Positions 19,720-28,571 of a DNA stretch of 64,000 nt are shown piece after piece; the stretch's first letter is position 1; every line of letters begins with the position of its first letter. The translations under genes were made by a program, and so were the position numbers. The DNA is taken from NCBI GenBank assembly GCA_937901455.1, contig CALDIA010000144.1:10504-74503 (forward strand), in the 5' to 3' direction. This DNA comes from an uncultured Bacteroidales bacterium. Its GTDB lineage: Bacteria; Bacteroidota; Bacteroidia; Bacteroidales; WCHB1-69. The notes beneath the pieces are model-generated. The model ran no database searches, was not told where the DNA came from, and saw only the letters and a program-made list of their open reading frames with translations.

Positions 19720-19733
19720 TTTTTGATTACCAG

Positions 19734-19804
19734 TTGCCCCGATAGGATTCGAACCCATACAAACAGAACCAGAATCTGCGGTGCTACCATTACACAACAG
19801 GGCA
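19734..19804 (-). tRNA. tRNA-Gln (anticodon CUG)
   Basis: The cloverleaf was folded by hand. Acceptor TGCCCTG/CGGGGCA (one G-U), D-stem GTGT/GCAC, anticodon stem GCAGA/TCTGT with loop TTCTGGT, T-arm ATGGG-TTCGAAT-CCTAT, discriminator A. No CCA is encoded. Confidence 0.85.
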
Positions 19805-19871
19805 AGCATGAAAAAGTGCGCAAAAATACACTTTTTTTGTATTCCTGCGCACTTTTTGTGATTTTTTTTTC

Positions 19872-20921
19872 TTATGCGACGAAGACCACTTCGTACCAGA
19901 TGTATCCACTTACGATAATTTCCTTGTAGTAAACGTTATCCACTTTGAAGTAGAGGTTGCCGTCCAGTATAATTTCTTCGTAGGTGCTGGGGAGTTCTGC
20001 CACGCGGGCTCCGATGGGAGGTGCTACAACTTCATAGTCGATTTTGTTAGCGTGACGTCTGTAGAAGGTTCCATCGTCGTAGTAGTAGCTAATGTTATTA
20101 TGGACTATGATGATTGGGTTCCAGGTATTGAAGATGCTGTAGGCAATCACGGATCCGAAAGGCGGGCGGCAGATGACATAGTGCCCATTGATGTAGCGGC
20201 AGAAGATGCTGTTATAGAAGTAGTAGGGAACTCCGTGATAGTATACAGGGCGAATGCGAGGAGGAACAGTCATGAAGTGACCAAAGTTGTGATAATTGGG
20301 GTGCATATAGGGTTGAGGTCTGGGAGCATTGGGCTGGTTGTTGTGAGGAGGAGCTGGTTGAGGTTTGGGCTGACCTTGGTCGTTATAGCCTCTTTGAGGT
20401 TCAGGATTATTGGCGCTGGAACCGCCACGAGGGTTGCTGGTGTGAGCGGTAGAGTTACTCTCTCTGGCAGGCGTGGATGTGGTAGTAGATACACCCTTGG
20501 TCGCTTTGCCACTTGTTGTAGAAGGAGAGGTTTCCGTAACAGCCGGATTTTTGGAGACAGTCGTGGAAGTGGAAACAGGCTTTGTGGAAGTTGCCGGTTT
20601 CGTGGTGCTGGAACTGGTGACTGGCTTCGTGGCCGTAGAGGAGGTTCTGCTTGTTGAACTACTGTTGGTAGTAGCAGGTCTCGTATTGGTGGTAGTTGTC
20701 CTCGAAATGGTCTGAGCTCTTTGGTAACTGCTGTTGGCTTTGTTTAACTGAGCATCGCCTTTTTTTACCTGACGAGTTGCCTGGCTGGAAGCGTTGGTTG
20801 TGGTTTGTGCCCGACTACTTGAGGAAGTAGTTTGCCGTGCGGCGGGACTTTGTCCCATAACTTCTGTTGTGGCCAAACCTACCATGCAGAGAACGCACAA
20901 CATTGCAATTAACTTTTTCAT
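19872..20921 (-). CDS. Secreted protein with a Ser/Thr-rich low-complexity centre and a Tyr-rich C-terminal domain, function unknown
   Basis: Signal peptide MKKLIAMLCVLCMVGLATTEVMGQ, then ~180 aa of T/S/R/P-rich sequence. The C-terminus reads YYHGVPYYFYNS...YYYDDGTFYRR...YFKVDNVYYKE. Confidence 0.7.
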   Translation of the reverse strand: MKKLIAMLCVLCMVGLATTEVMGQSPAARQTTSSSSRAQTTTNASSQATRQVKKGDAQLNKANSSYQRAQTISRTTTTNTRPATTNSSSTSRTSSTATKPVTSSSTTKPATSTKPVSTSTTVSKNPAVTETSPSTTSGKATKGVSTTTSTPARESNSTAHTSNPRGGSSANNPEPQRGYNDQGQPKPQPAPPHNNQPNAPRPQPYMHPNYHNFGHFMTVPPRIRPVYYHGVPYYFYNSIFCRYINGHYVICRPPFGSVIAYSIFNTWNPIIIVHNNISYYYDDGTFYRRHANKIDYEVVAPPIGARVAELPSTYEEIILDGNLYFKVDNVYYKEIIVSGYIWYEVVFVA

Positions 20922-20982
20922 AGCGATATTATTTTATAAATGAAACAATACGAAAGGTAAGACTAAAATGTAGGTCGATTGT

Positions 20983-23076
20983 TTAATGGGTTACTACTAA
21001 TTTTTTTGTTGTTGAACTATTGGAATCCATGATACGTACCATGTAGATACCATTTTTAAGATCACCAACATTCATCACAGTCGAGGTTGAATTGGATGTG
21101 GAGGCTTTTATTACTTTGCCAGAGAGGTCGATAATTTGAATGGATGTGTTATCTTTTGCATGATAGATAGTGACAAAATTATTGGCAGGGTTGGGTGTCA
21201 GGGTGAGGTTGTTGTCACGGGTGTGTTCCTCTATTGCATTGGGAGAGTCGGCTTCCCAATGGATGAGGAACCCATCACCATGGAGATAGTTGTCGCTGAT
21301 GAAAGAGACGCGAATCTTATTGGTATAGAAAGTGACGGGGTCGGGGAGATTATGTCCAGAGAAGGAGGCAGCCAGTTGGTTATGCTGTGACAAGTCATAG
21401 ACGTTTAGATGGTCTTCTGGACTGAGGTCGAATTCATCGAAGGTGAGGGTGATGGTTTGCGCATTAGATATGCGGATTGTCCAGTTACAGTTAGCGTTGG
21501 CGCGATATTGCGAATCGCCGCTACCATCAGCAATGGTGCCAGCGGCATCATGAAAGGTACCAGTAGTGCAGTTGGGCAGATCTCTAAATACAATATATGA
21601 AAGGTGCCAACCCGCATCGGTGATGGAATCATCAGTTCGGAAGGTGATGTAGAGACTATCGGTGTAAAAATTATAGGAGGGTTGGTTGGTCAGGTTTCCC
21701 GATATGGTGTTCAGCAGGTGTCCCTGGCTGGGGTGCCCATCCCAGAAGCTGAGGGAGTCATGGTCTGCTTGGGTATTAAAGCGATTGACTTGAACGGAGA
21801 ATTGATAGGCATTGTCGTCTGTAATTACGTACATGCATTCTTGATTGTTTTGATAGTTGAGGTCACTACTGCCGTCTTCCAATGTTCCCGAGCTGCAAAC
21901 TATCTGCTTGTTATTGCAGAAATAGGGATAGTCGCTGGCAGGGTAGATGTTTCTGATGCAGCTTTGACTTCTGCTAAATCCGCCTACAGCATCAGAGTAG
22001 GTGTCGGAATTGGAGAGGGCATAGAAGGCGTTGCTGGTACCGCCCCAGCCAAAGTTGAAATGGAAATAGTTGTCGCTGTTATAACCGTCACAAACAAAGG
22101 CGTGTCCGCCATCGTCGGAGAAGCCGGAGTAATAAACGGGCCGGTTTAAGTTGAGATCCCCCTTGAGATAGTTGCGCCATTGATTGTTGTTGGTGCCCCA
22201 CTTGTTGGCATAGGTGGCATTTGTCGAATAGCCGAAATAGGTGGAGATGGCCCCCGGTACATTCTCTGAGTATGCCCCCGAACCGTCAGGGGCGTATGAC
22301 ATGTCCACAGAAGTTGCGCAGTCAAAAATAAGCTTGGCCACTTCGGTATTGTAGCCGGAGAGGGCATCTTGCATGGCTTCATAGTTGAAAGTCTCATTGT
22401 CGAAGTTGACGGTGAAGTTGCCATAGTTGGTATGGTTGGTATGTTGGCCAGAGCCTTGGGTGGGGTAACGGTAATAGTACATGATTTGGGCCATGGCGAC
22501 GGCTACACAACCATTAGGGACTCGTCCATCGTAGCCGCTTGGAGAGTCTGCGTCTTCTGGTGAAAATTGGTTGTAGAACTTTGTCTGGTTCCATGTGGAA
22601 GATAACAATGGAGCCACAATGGTTTCAAGCACGCCTTTGGTGCTTGGTTTTTTAAGTTCCGTCCAAGCGGCTGCCACATCTGGTGCTGTGGGAAGCTGCA
22701 AATTACGAATAGCAGTAATCTCCTTTTGGTATTGTTCGAGAAACATTTTGGCTCCGGGAGCGGCATTCTCAAGAGTGAACTCCCCCTCGAAAGCGTATGC
22801 CAGTACCGGGATTGAGGCATCGTCAGCTGCCATGATGATGAAACCTTGATTGAAGTTCAACACGGCCATATAGGTGTTGTCGTTGTCTTCAATGAAAAAG
22901 TAGGATTTAACCTCCTGATAAACAGGCTGTTCCTGAATTGCGTATAGTTTTTGACGGAATGCTTCTTGACCCAAGGCCACCAATTGGTCTTTTGGGATAG
23001 GATTTGCGAATATTGTGGTGGGCAACAAGAGTGCTAACAATGCCTTGAAAATGGATGTGAAGCGGTTATTTGCCAT
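20983..23076 (-). CDS. C10-family cysteine peptidase (streptopain-like) with an inhibitor-like prodomain, two CUB-like domains and a T9SS type-A C-terminal sorting domain
   Basis: Catalytic Cys context PNGCVAVAMAQIMYYYRYP and His context GGHAFVCDGY. The prodomain reads GFIIMAADDASIPVLAYA. Two CUB-like modules are present (C...GT..DGSG...Y..N..C). The tail reads LTLTPNPANNFVTIY...GDLKNGIYMVRI. Confidence 0.85.
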   Translation of the reverse strand: MANNRFTSIFKALLALLLPTTIFANPIPKDQLVALGQEAFRQKLYAIQEQPVYQEVKSYFFIEDNDNTYMAVLNFNQGFIIMAADDASIPVLAYAFEGEFTLENAAPGAKMFLEQYQKEITAIRNLQLPTAPDVAAAWTELKKPSTKGVLETIVAPLLSSTWNQTKFYNQFSPEDADSPSGYDGRVPNGCVAVAMAQIMYYYRYPTQGSGQHTNHTNYGNFTVNFDNETFNYEAMQDALSGYNTEVAKLIFDCATSVDMSYAPDGSGAYSENVPGAISTYFGYSTNATYANKWGTNNNQWRNYLKGDLNLNRPVYYSGFSDDGGHAFVCDGYNSDNYFHFNFGWGGTSNAFYALSNSDTYSDAVGGFSRSQSCIRNIYPASDYPYFCNNKQIVCSSGTLEDGSSDLNYQNNQECMYVITDDNAYQFSVQVNRFNTQADHDSLSFWDGHPSQGHLLNTISGNLTNQPSYNFYTDSLYITFRTDDSITDAGWHLSYIVFRDLPNCTTGTFHDAAGTIADGSGDSQYRANANCNWTIRISNAQTITLTFDEFDLSPEDHLNVYDLSQHNQLAASFSGHNLPDPVTFYTNKIRVSFISDNYLHGDGFLIHWEADSPNAIEEHTRDNNLTLTPNPANNFVTIYHAKDNTSIQIIDLSGKVIKASTSNSTSTVMNVGDLKNGIYMVRIMDSNSSTTKKLVVTH

Positions 23077-23104
23077 AGCTGTATGGGATGATTTTTAAAA
23101 GCGG

Positions 23105-23112
23105 CAAATATA
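23105..23112 (-). promoter_or_regulatory. -7 box TATATTTG for the C10 peptidase gene
   Basis: Motif lies 29 nt upstream of ATG 23076. Confidence 0.45.
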
Positions 23113-23188
23113 TGATTTTTTAAGCAAATTCTTGACTTTCCGCTAATTTTATTTTTTGCGAACATATTCCCCTCAGACGGGCGGGTAA

Positions 23189-23533
23189 TTATGACAAGAA
23201 GGGGAGGTAAGTAAGGGATAGTTCCACCAAGATAGCCACGAGTACAGCGACGATGGCTACGCGCACAAGTCCATGATCGCGCCAAGCCATTAGCAGTGCC
23301 ACAATAGTGGCCAATACGGCGGAAAGGGAAATATGCGGTTCAGTGCCTGTGGCGGAGGTGGAATAAAGAACATATGGGAATGTCATGGCGGCCAACACGC
23401 AATAAGGGATGTAAAATAGGAAGTCTTGGACCCATTCGTTTTCGAGTTTTTTGCGCACAAATCCAATGGGGATGACACGGATCAGGTAGGTCGTAAGAAA
23501 CATCAGGAACATACAAATATATGTGTACTTCAT
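23189..23533 (-). CDS. azlD: AzlD-family branched-chain amino acid transport protein
   Basis: Small hydrophobic protein that overlaps the upstream azlC by 4 nt. Confidence 0.75.
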   Translation of the reverse strand: MKYTYICMFLMFLTTYLIRVIPIGFVRKKLENEWVQDFLFYIPYCVLAAMTFPYVLYSTSATGTEPHISLSAVLATIVALLMAWRDHGLVRVAIVAVLVAILVELSLTYLPFLS

Positions 23534-24267
23534 GAGGCCCTCCCTTCTGCAGTCCTAAGCTTTTTCGCACGTTTAAACTCCTTGATGGAAGCGCAGATGG
23601 CTGCTCCCAAGACAGCGGAGATGATGATGGCCCAGCCTCCACCGCCTTTGGTTGCCAATATGTTGATACCCGGCACATACTTGAACATACATGACAGCAG
23701 GGTGGAGACGATAATGGCAAGGGTGACCTTGCGGCTTTTTCGTGCTGGTGGAATGATGATGGCAATAAACATGCAGTACAAGGCAATGCCCATGCATCCT
23801 TGCATCATGGGGGAGAGTAAACTGGATGCTACTGCGCCCAAAAGGGCTCCGGTTGTCCAGCCCAAGATTGGGGTGGTCATCAAGCCTCCAAAAAATGGGA
23901 ATGAGATCTCGTCGGGTTCCATGACAGAGAGTGCGAACACCTCGTCGGTGATGCAATAGGCCATGATTGCACGTTTGTAAAAAGGCAAGGCAGGGGACAC
24001 TTTTTGCGATAGGGAAAGCGACATGAGAAAATAGCGCAGGTTGATGACCAGAGTGGTGATGACCAGTTCAATATAGGGAGCACCACCCTCAATCAGGCGA
24101 ATGCCTGCAAACTGTCCTGCAGAGGCCATGTTTGTGAATGAGATGATGGTGGCCTCCAACGGTGAAAACCCCATCTTCACCGCTATCAATCCGAAAGTAA
24201 AGGCTACGGGAATGTAGCCCAAACAAATCGGGAACCCCTTCTTTATACCTCTAATATACTCATTCAT
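23530..24267 (-). CDS. azlC: AzlC-family branched-chain amino acid transporter subunit
   Basis: IRGIKKGFPICLGYIPVAFTFG N-terminus. Start trimmed to ATG 24267 because a -7 box lies at 24299..24306. Confidence 0.8.
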   Translation of the reverse strand: MNEYIRGIKKGFPICLGYIPVAFTFGLIAVKMGFSPLEATIISFTNMASAGQFAGIRLIEGGAPYIELVITTLVINLRYFLMSLSLSQKVSPALPFYKRAIMAYCITDEVFALSVMEPDEISFPFFGGLMTTPILGWTTGALLGAVASSLLSPMMQGCMGIALYCMFIAIIIPPARKSRKVTLAIIVSTLLSCMFKYVPGINILATKGGGGWAIIISAVLGAAICASIKEFKRAKKLRTAEGRAS

Positions 24268-24298
24268 AGTATGTTGATGACAATATCTTTTAGCGGTG

Positions 24299-24306
24299 CA
24301 AAAATA
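24299..24306 (-). promoter_or_regulatory. -7 box TATTTTTG for azlCD
   Basis: Motif lies 32 nt upstream of ATG 24267. Confidence 0.45.
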
Positions 24307-24348
24307 GATTTTTTTTCGTTGCAAAGCGTCTTATGGTATTTTTGTGTT

Positions 24349-25926
24349 TCAGGAGGGTTTTAGAGCCACAATGGCACTTTTGAGTCCGTCGATGGCGGCG
24401 CTCATGATGCCTCCAGCATAGCCTGCCCCTTCGCCTATGGGGTACAGGCATTTTATGTCGGACATTCTGTCGGCATTTCTCAGAATGCGCACGGGGGATG
24501 ATGAGCGGCTTTCTATGCCTGTGAGCACGGCATCGGGATGGGTGAAGCCATTCATTTTGCGGTTGAAGAGCGGGAGAGATTCACGCAAGGAGCTGACAAC
24601 GTAGTCAGGCAGGCAGCGGCTGAAGTCGCTATAGACCAGACCATGGGGATAGGATGGGGTGATGGAGCGATGTCCTTTGGCAATGTCTTGACGGAGAAAT
24701 TCCTTCATGAGGTTGCCAGGTGCGCGATAGTCGCCAGCGATACGGAAAGCCTCTTTTTCGTAATACTCTTGGTAGCTGATGCCATCAAGAGGGCTATGCA
24801 GCAGGAAATCTTCAGGGCGGACGTTGACGAGAATGGCGCTGTTGGCATTGACTTTATTGCGGTTGCGTTCGCTCATGCCATTTGTGACAATAGTTTCAGG
24901 GTCGCTAGTGGAGGCCATTACAGTGCCTCCTGGGCACATGCAGAAGGTATAGACGCTACGTTCTGGGAGGTGCACAGCGCCTTTATAGGTGGCAGGAGGC
25001 AGCAGATGAGTTGCGTTTCCGTACTGTATCTTGTTGATTAATGCTTGTGGATGCTCAATGCGCACGCCCATAGAAAAGCCTTTAGCCTCCATGGGTACTC
25101 CTTGCTGGTAGAGTGAACGGATTGTATCGCGGGCGGAGTGGCCGATGCCAAGGAAGAGGTGCTGGGTGTGGATGTCCAACGAGGGTTCACACTGCACATT
25201 TAGTTTGTTATTGTCCTTCTTGAAACCCAGAAAACGGGTGTTGAAATGGAACTCACCGCCCAAGGATTCTATTTCCAAGCGGATGTTGCGGACTACTTTT
25301 TCCAGATAGTCGGTGCCCACATGGGGATTCTGGAGGTAGGTGACATCCTCGTTAGCACCATGCAGGTAGAATTCCTTCAGTACAAAGGTATTATGTTCAC
25401 TATGGACATTGGTGTTGAGTTTGCCATCGGAGAATGTTCCGGCTCCGCCCTCGCCGAACTGGACATTGGAGTCTGGTTGGAGAGTTTTGGAAGACAAGAA
25501 ATTGGCAACGGTCTGCTTGCGTTGCTCGATTTTCTCTCCGCGTTCAATGATGATGGGGCGGGCTTGGCAGCGTGCCAAATACAGGGCAGCGAACATGCCT
25601 GCGGGTCCGAAGCCGACGATCACGGGGCGATGCGGATGGTTCCAGTGGGGGTATTGCATGGGAGATGCTTCCTTCTGGAGCGTTACGTTCGAGTTGTTCA
25701 ATAGGTAGCTATAGTGTTCGGATACTGTCAGACTTACTTGATAGTCGTAACAGATATTGCTTTTTCGCCGGGCGTCTATGGCTTGCCGAAGAATCTTGAA
25801 ATCCGAAATGGAAGAAGGGTCAATATGGAACTGCTCGCACACCTTTGCCTGTAGGTTGATGTGGTGGCTGACGGGTATCCGTATGTTGGAGATTCGAAGT
25901 TGCAAAAGGCTCTGGACGGTTGGCAT
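24349..25926 (-). CDS. FAD-dependent oxidoreductase of unknown substrate (COG2509-like)
   Basis: Dinucleotide fold VIVGFGPAGMFAALYLA and C-terminal GEGAGYAGGIMSAAIDG. Start trimmed to ATG 25926 (MPTVQSLLQLRISNIRIP), 4 nt after the upstream gene's stop. Confidence 0.75.
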   Translation of the reverse strand: MPTVQSLLQLRISNIRIPVSHHINLQAKVCEQFHIDPSSISDFKILRQAIDARRKSNICYDYQVSLTVSEHYSYLLNNSNVTLQKEASPMQYPHWNHPHRPVIVGFGPAGMFAALYLARCQARPIIIERGEKIEQRKQTVANFLSSKTLQPDSNVQFGEGGAGTFSDGKLNTNVHSEHNTFVLKEFYLHGANEDVTYLQNPHVGTDYLEKVVRNIRLEIESLGGEFHFNTRFLGFKKDNNKLNVQCEPSLDIHTQHLFLGIGHSARDTIRSLYQQGVPMEAKGFSMGVRIEHPQALINKIQYGNATHLLPPATYKGAVHLPERSVYTFCMCPGGTVMASTSDPETIVTNGMSERNRNKVNANSAILVNVRPEDFLLHSPLDGISYQEYYEKEAFRIAGDYRAPGNLMKEFLRQDIAKGHRSITPSYPHGLVYSDFSRCLPDYVVSSLRESLPLFNRKMNGFTHPDAVLTGIESRSSSPVRILRNADRMSDIKCLYPIGEGAGYAGGIMSAAIDGLKSAIVALKPS

Positions 25927-25930
25927 GGGG

Positions 25931-26737
25931 TTAATAGATGAATGGGAAGATCCGTTTAAGGTGCTTGGCGTCCATCTCATCCTTGAATTCCATTTGATAG
26001 CGCTTGTAGATATTGTGGGCGCGCGGTACCAGGTTGGCGAAGGTCCACCAGAAGAAGACAAGACCGGATAACGACCAAGTGAGGATGGCGAATCCCAGCC
26101 ACTCCATTAGTTCGCCTAAGTAGTTGGCACTGGTGACATATTCGAACAGAAAGCCGCTCGGAAGATAATGCTTGGTGTCGTTCTCGTCTTTCCTTAAATG
26201 CCGAATGATGTAATCGGACCGGAGGTTGACGTAGAACCCAGATAGGAAGATGCAGACACCTATGATGAATTGGGGTGATCGTAACCACTCGATGTCTGAG
26301 TAGGACAATCCGAACACTTGATAGTTGGCATTATAGGACTCGAAGAAAATCCAGTAGCCTTGCATCATGGCGTTGAGGATGTTGAAGGCAATGCCCATGA
26401 ACATGACGGCCAACGACATCTGGCTATTGCCTTTCATAATCCAAGGGAAGATGATGGATCGCTGGAAATAGTGTATTTCGAAAATGAGCAGAAAGATCAT
26501 TGGGACAATATCGAACCGGTGTGGGGAGGCCAGCCAGATAATAATCATAGCCAAGAAAATGGGGAATTCCATTAGGAACCAGGCTAGTTTGTTATTGATA
26601 GTTTTTCCCCATTTGTTGTTGAGGAACATGCCATAGCCGGCATTGACGAAGTAGAGGGCTACAAAGACGACAACCCCCAGGCAGATCATTACCCAAAGGT
26701 ATATGTTGAAGGCTGATGTTAAAAATTCAGGGCTCAT
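25931..26737 (-). CDS. 3-oxo-5-alpha-steroid 4-dehydrogenase (steroid 5-alpha-reductase / polyprenol reductase) family membrane protein
   Basis: Polytopic protein. The C-terminal motif HYLPSGFLFEYVTSANYLGELMEWLGFAI matches the SRD5A-family signature. Start trimmed to ATG 26737. Confidence 0.75.
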   Translation of the reverse strand: MSPEFLTSAFNIYLWVMICLGVVVFVALYFVNAGYGMFLNNKWGKTINNKLAWFLMEFPIFLAMIIIWLASPHRFDIVPMIFLLIFEIHYFQRSIIFPWIMKGNSQMSLAVMFMGIAFNILNAMMQGYWIFFESYNANYQVFGLSYSDIEWLRSPQFIIGVCIFLSGFYVNLRSDYIIRHLRKDENDTKHYLPSGFLFEYVTSANYLGELMEWLGFAILTWSLSGLVFFWWTFANLVPRAHNIYKRYQMEFKDEMDAKHLKRIFPFIY

Positions 26738-26753
26738 AACAATAGTTTTTTGA

Positions 26754-28550
26754 TTATTGAATAGAAATTTCCATTGGCAGGCGGGCTTGCACACCTTCCA
26801 TATTCAGTATTTGTTCGACACCTTGGTAGGTGAAATAGAGTTTGCCGAGTTTGGCAGCCATTTTGGATTCGGTGTTGTTCATGTTATCGAAGATCATTTC
26901 ATACCAAGATTTCTGTTTGGGGTAGTATTCTACGGAGTAGTTTTGGATATTGGCGAGTTGAGCGGCTTTGTTGATGGCGTCATTTAGGGAGCCGAGTTGG
27001 TCCACGAGGCCTATCTTGATGGCGTCGGCACCAGCCCACACACGGCCTTGACCGATGCTATCCACTTGGGCGGTTGTCATCTTGCGACCAGTCGCCACAC
27101 GCGTCAGGAAGGTGCTGTAGGTGTTTTCCACAGACTGCTGCATCACGTCCAGTTCATTCTGGTCGAGGGCACGGAGACCAGTGGCGTAGTCAGCGTGCTG
27201 ATGGGTTTTAGCCACATCTACAGTGATGCCCAGATTGGATTTCAGGGTGTTTTGGAAAGAAGGTATTATGCCGAACACACCGATTGAGCCGGTGAGCGTG
27301 TTGGGTTGTGCATAGATGTAGTCGGAATTGCAGGAGATGTAATAACCACCGGAAGCGGCATAGTCGCCCATGGAGGTAACGATAATCTTGCCGGCTTTCT
27401 TGGCGGCCTCGATTTCATGCCAGATGTTTTCGGAAGCCATGGCGCTGCCTCCTGGGGAGTTGACACGTAAGACGATGGCCTTGACCTTGTCGGATGTATA
27501 AGCCTTTCGGAACGATTTAATGAAGGTTTCGGAGTAGATGCCAGTGTTGTTATCGCCTTTTCCGTCGGAGATATTGCCCACGGCATAGACAACGGCGATG
27601 CGGTCGTTGAGGGCTTTGGGTGTCGGGATGGAGGATTTATACTTGTTTACGGTCACAAACTGGATGTTTTCTTTGTCGGAGATATTCAATTTGGCGCGAA
27701 GCAGGTCTTCGGCATCGGAGGCGTAGGCCAGTTGGTCCACGAGGTGGTGCGCGAGGGCGTCGTTGGCGAGGGTGGCGGAGAGGTTGTCGGCAAAGTAGTT
27801 AAGTGAGTCAACGGAAATCTTACGAGAAGTGGCCATGTCGGTTACAATGCAGTCCCACAGAGCTTTGCCCAGTGCGTCCATCTGTTTGCGATTGGCTTCG
27901 CTCATCTTGTCCAGCATGTAAGGCTCCACAGCGCTTTTGAACTGCCCGTGTCGGATAATCTGCATGTCCACATCCAATTTATCTAACAGTCCCTTGTAGA
28001 ACATGATTTGGAAGGCATAGCCTCTCAAGTCAATGGATCCAGTGGGGTTGAGCAGCACTTTGTCAGCGGTGGAGGCGATGTAGTAGCCGTTTTGGCCGTA
28101 GTGGTCGCTGTAGGCATAAATGAACTTGCCGGACTTTTTAAATTCCAGGAGGGCATCGCGTATCTCCTTGGTGCTGGCGGGTGATGCGCCCACGTTGGAT
28201 GAGTTGATATAGATACCTTTGATCTTTGGGTCTCCGGCGGCATAATTGATGGCATCCAGGATGTTGTTCAAACCCAGTTGCGAATAGCCGTAGTTGCTAA
28301 GGTCAAAGGGCATGTCAACAGCCCGCTCGGAGATCTGTTGGCTTAAGTCTAGTTTCAAGACGCTGTTGTTGGCGACAGCGGTTTTGTCTGATGAGGACAC
28401 GGAGGAGAGAATGCCAATCATAAAGAGCGTGTAGAAGACGCTGATGATGATTATAGCCAATATGAAGCCGACCATGGAGCCTAACACAATGCGCCAAAAT
28501 TTTCGCGCTCGTGATTCTGTCTTTTCCTGTTGTTTGTTTTCGTTACTCAT
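26754..28550 (-). CDS. sppA: Signal peptide peptidase SppA, 67K type
   Basis: N-terminal TM segment and two S49 domains (GIYINSSNVGASPA; VLRVNSPGGSAMASE; GDYAASGGYYIS). Confidence 0.9.
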   Translation of the reverse strand: MSNENKQQEKTESRARKFWRIVLGSMVGFILAIIIISVFYTLFMIGILSSVSSSDKTAVANNSVLKLDLSQQISERAVDMPFDLSNYGYSQLGLNNILDAINYAAGDPKIKGIYINSSNVGASPASTKEIRDALLEFKKSGKFIYAYSDHYGQNGYYIASTADKVLLNPTGSIDLRGYAFQIMFYKGLLDKLDVDMQIIRHGQFKSAVEPYMLDKMSEANRKQMDALGKALWDCIVTDMATSRKISVDSLNYFADNLSATLANDALAHHLVDQLAYASDAEDLLRAKLNISDKENIQFVTVNKYKSSIPTPKALNDRIAVVYAVGNISDGKGDNNTGIYSETFIKSFRKAYTSDKVKAIVLRVNSPGGSAMASENIWHEIEAAKKAGKIIVTSMGDYAASGGYYISCNSDYIYAQPNTLTGSIGVFGIIPSFQNTLKSNLGITVDVAKTHQHADYATGLRALDQNELDVMQQSVENTYSTFLTRVATGRKMTTAQVDSIGQGRVWAGADAIKIGLVDQLGSLNDAINKAAQLANIQNYSVEYYPKQKSWYEMIFDNMNNTESKMAAKLGKLYFTYQGVEQILNMEGVQARLPMEISIQ

Positions 28551-28571
28551 AATATGTTCATAATTAATATT

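Noticed and set aside
19696-19929. 77-aa + strand ORF spanning the tRNA region
   Set aside because: It overlaps a well-folding tRNA-Gln on the opposite strand and its terminator hairpin. It has no promoter box and no protein similarity.
20052-20657. 201-aa + ORF antisense to the Ser/Thr-rich secreted protein gene
   Set aside because: Its Arg/Gly/Val-rich translation is typical of the reverse complement of ACN/TCN-rich coding sequence. The minus-strand frame has a signal peptide and a structured C-terminal domain.
19663-20983. tRNA-Gln as a possible integration hotspot or genomic-island border
   Set aside because: No integrase, direct repeat of the tRNA 3' end, or mobility gene was seen on either side. 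The flanking genes look like ordinary chromosomal Bacteroidales genes.
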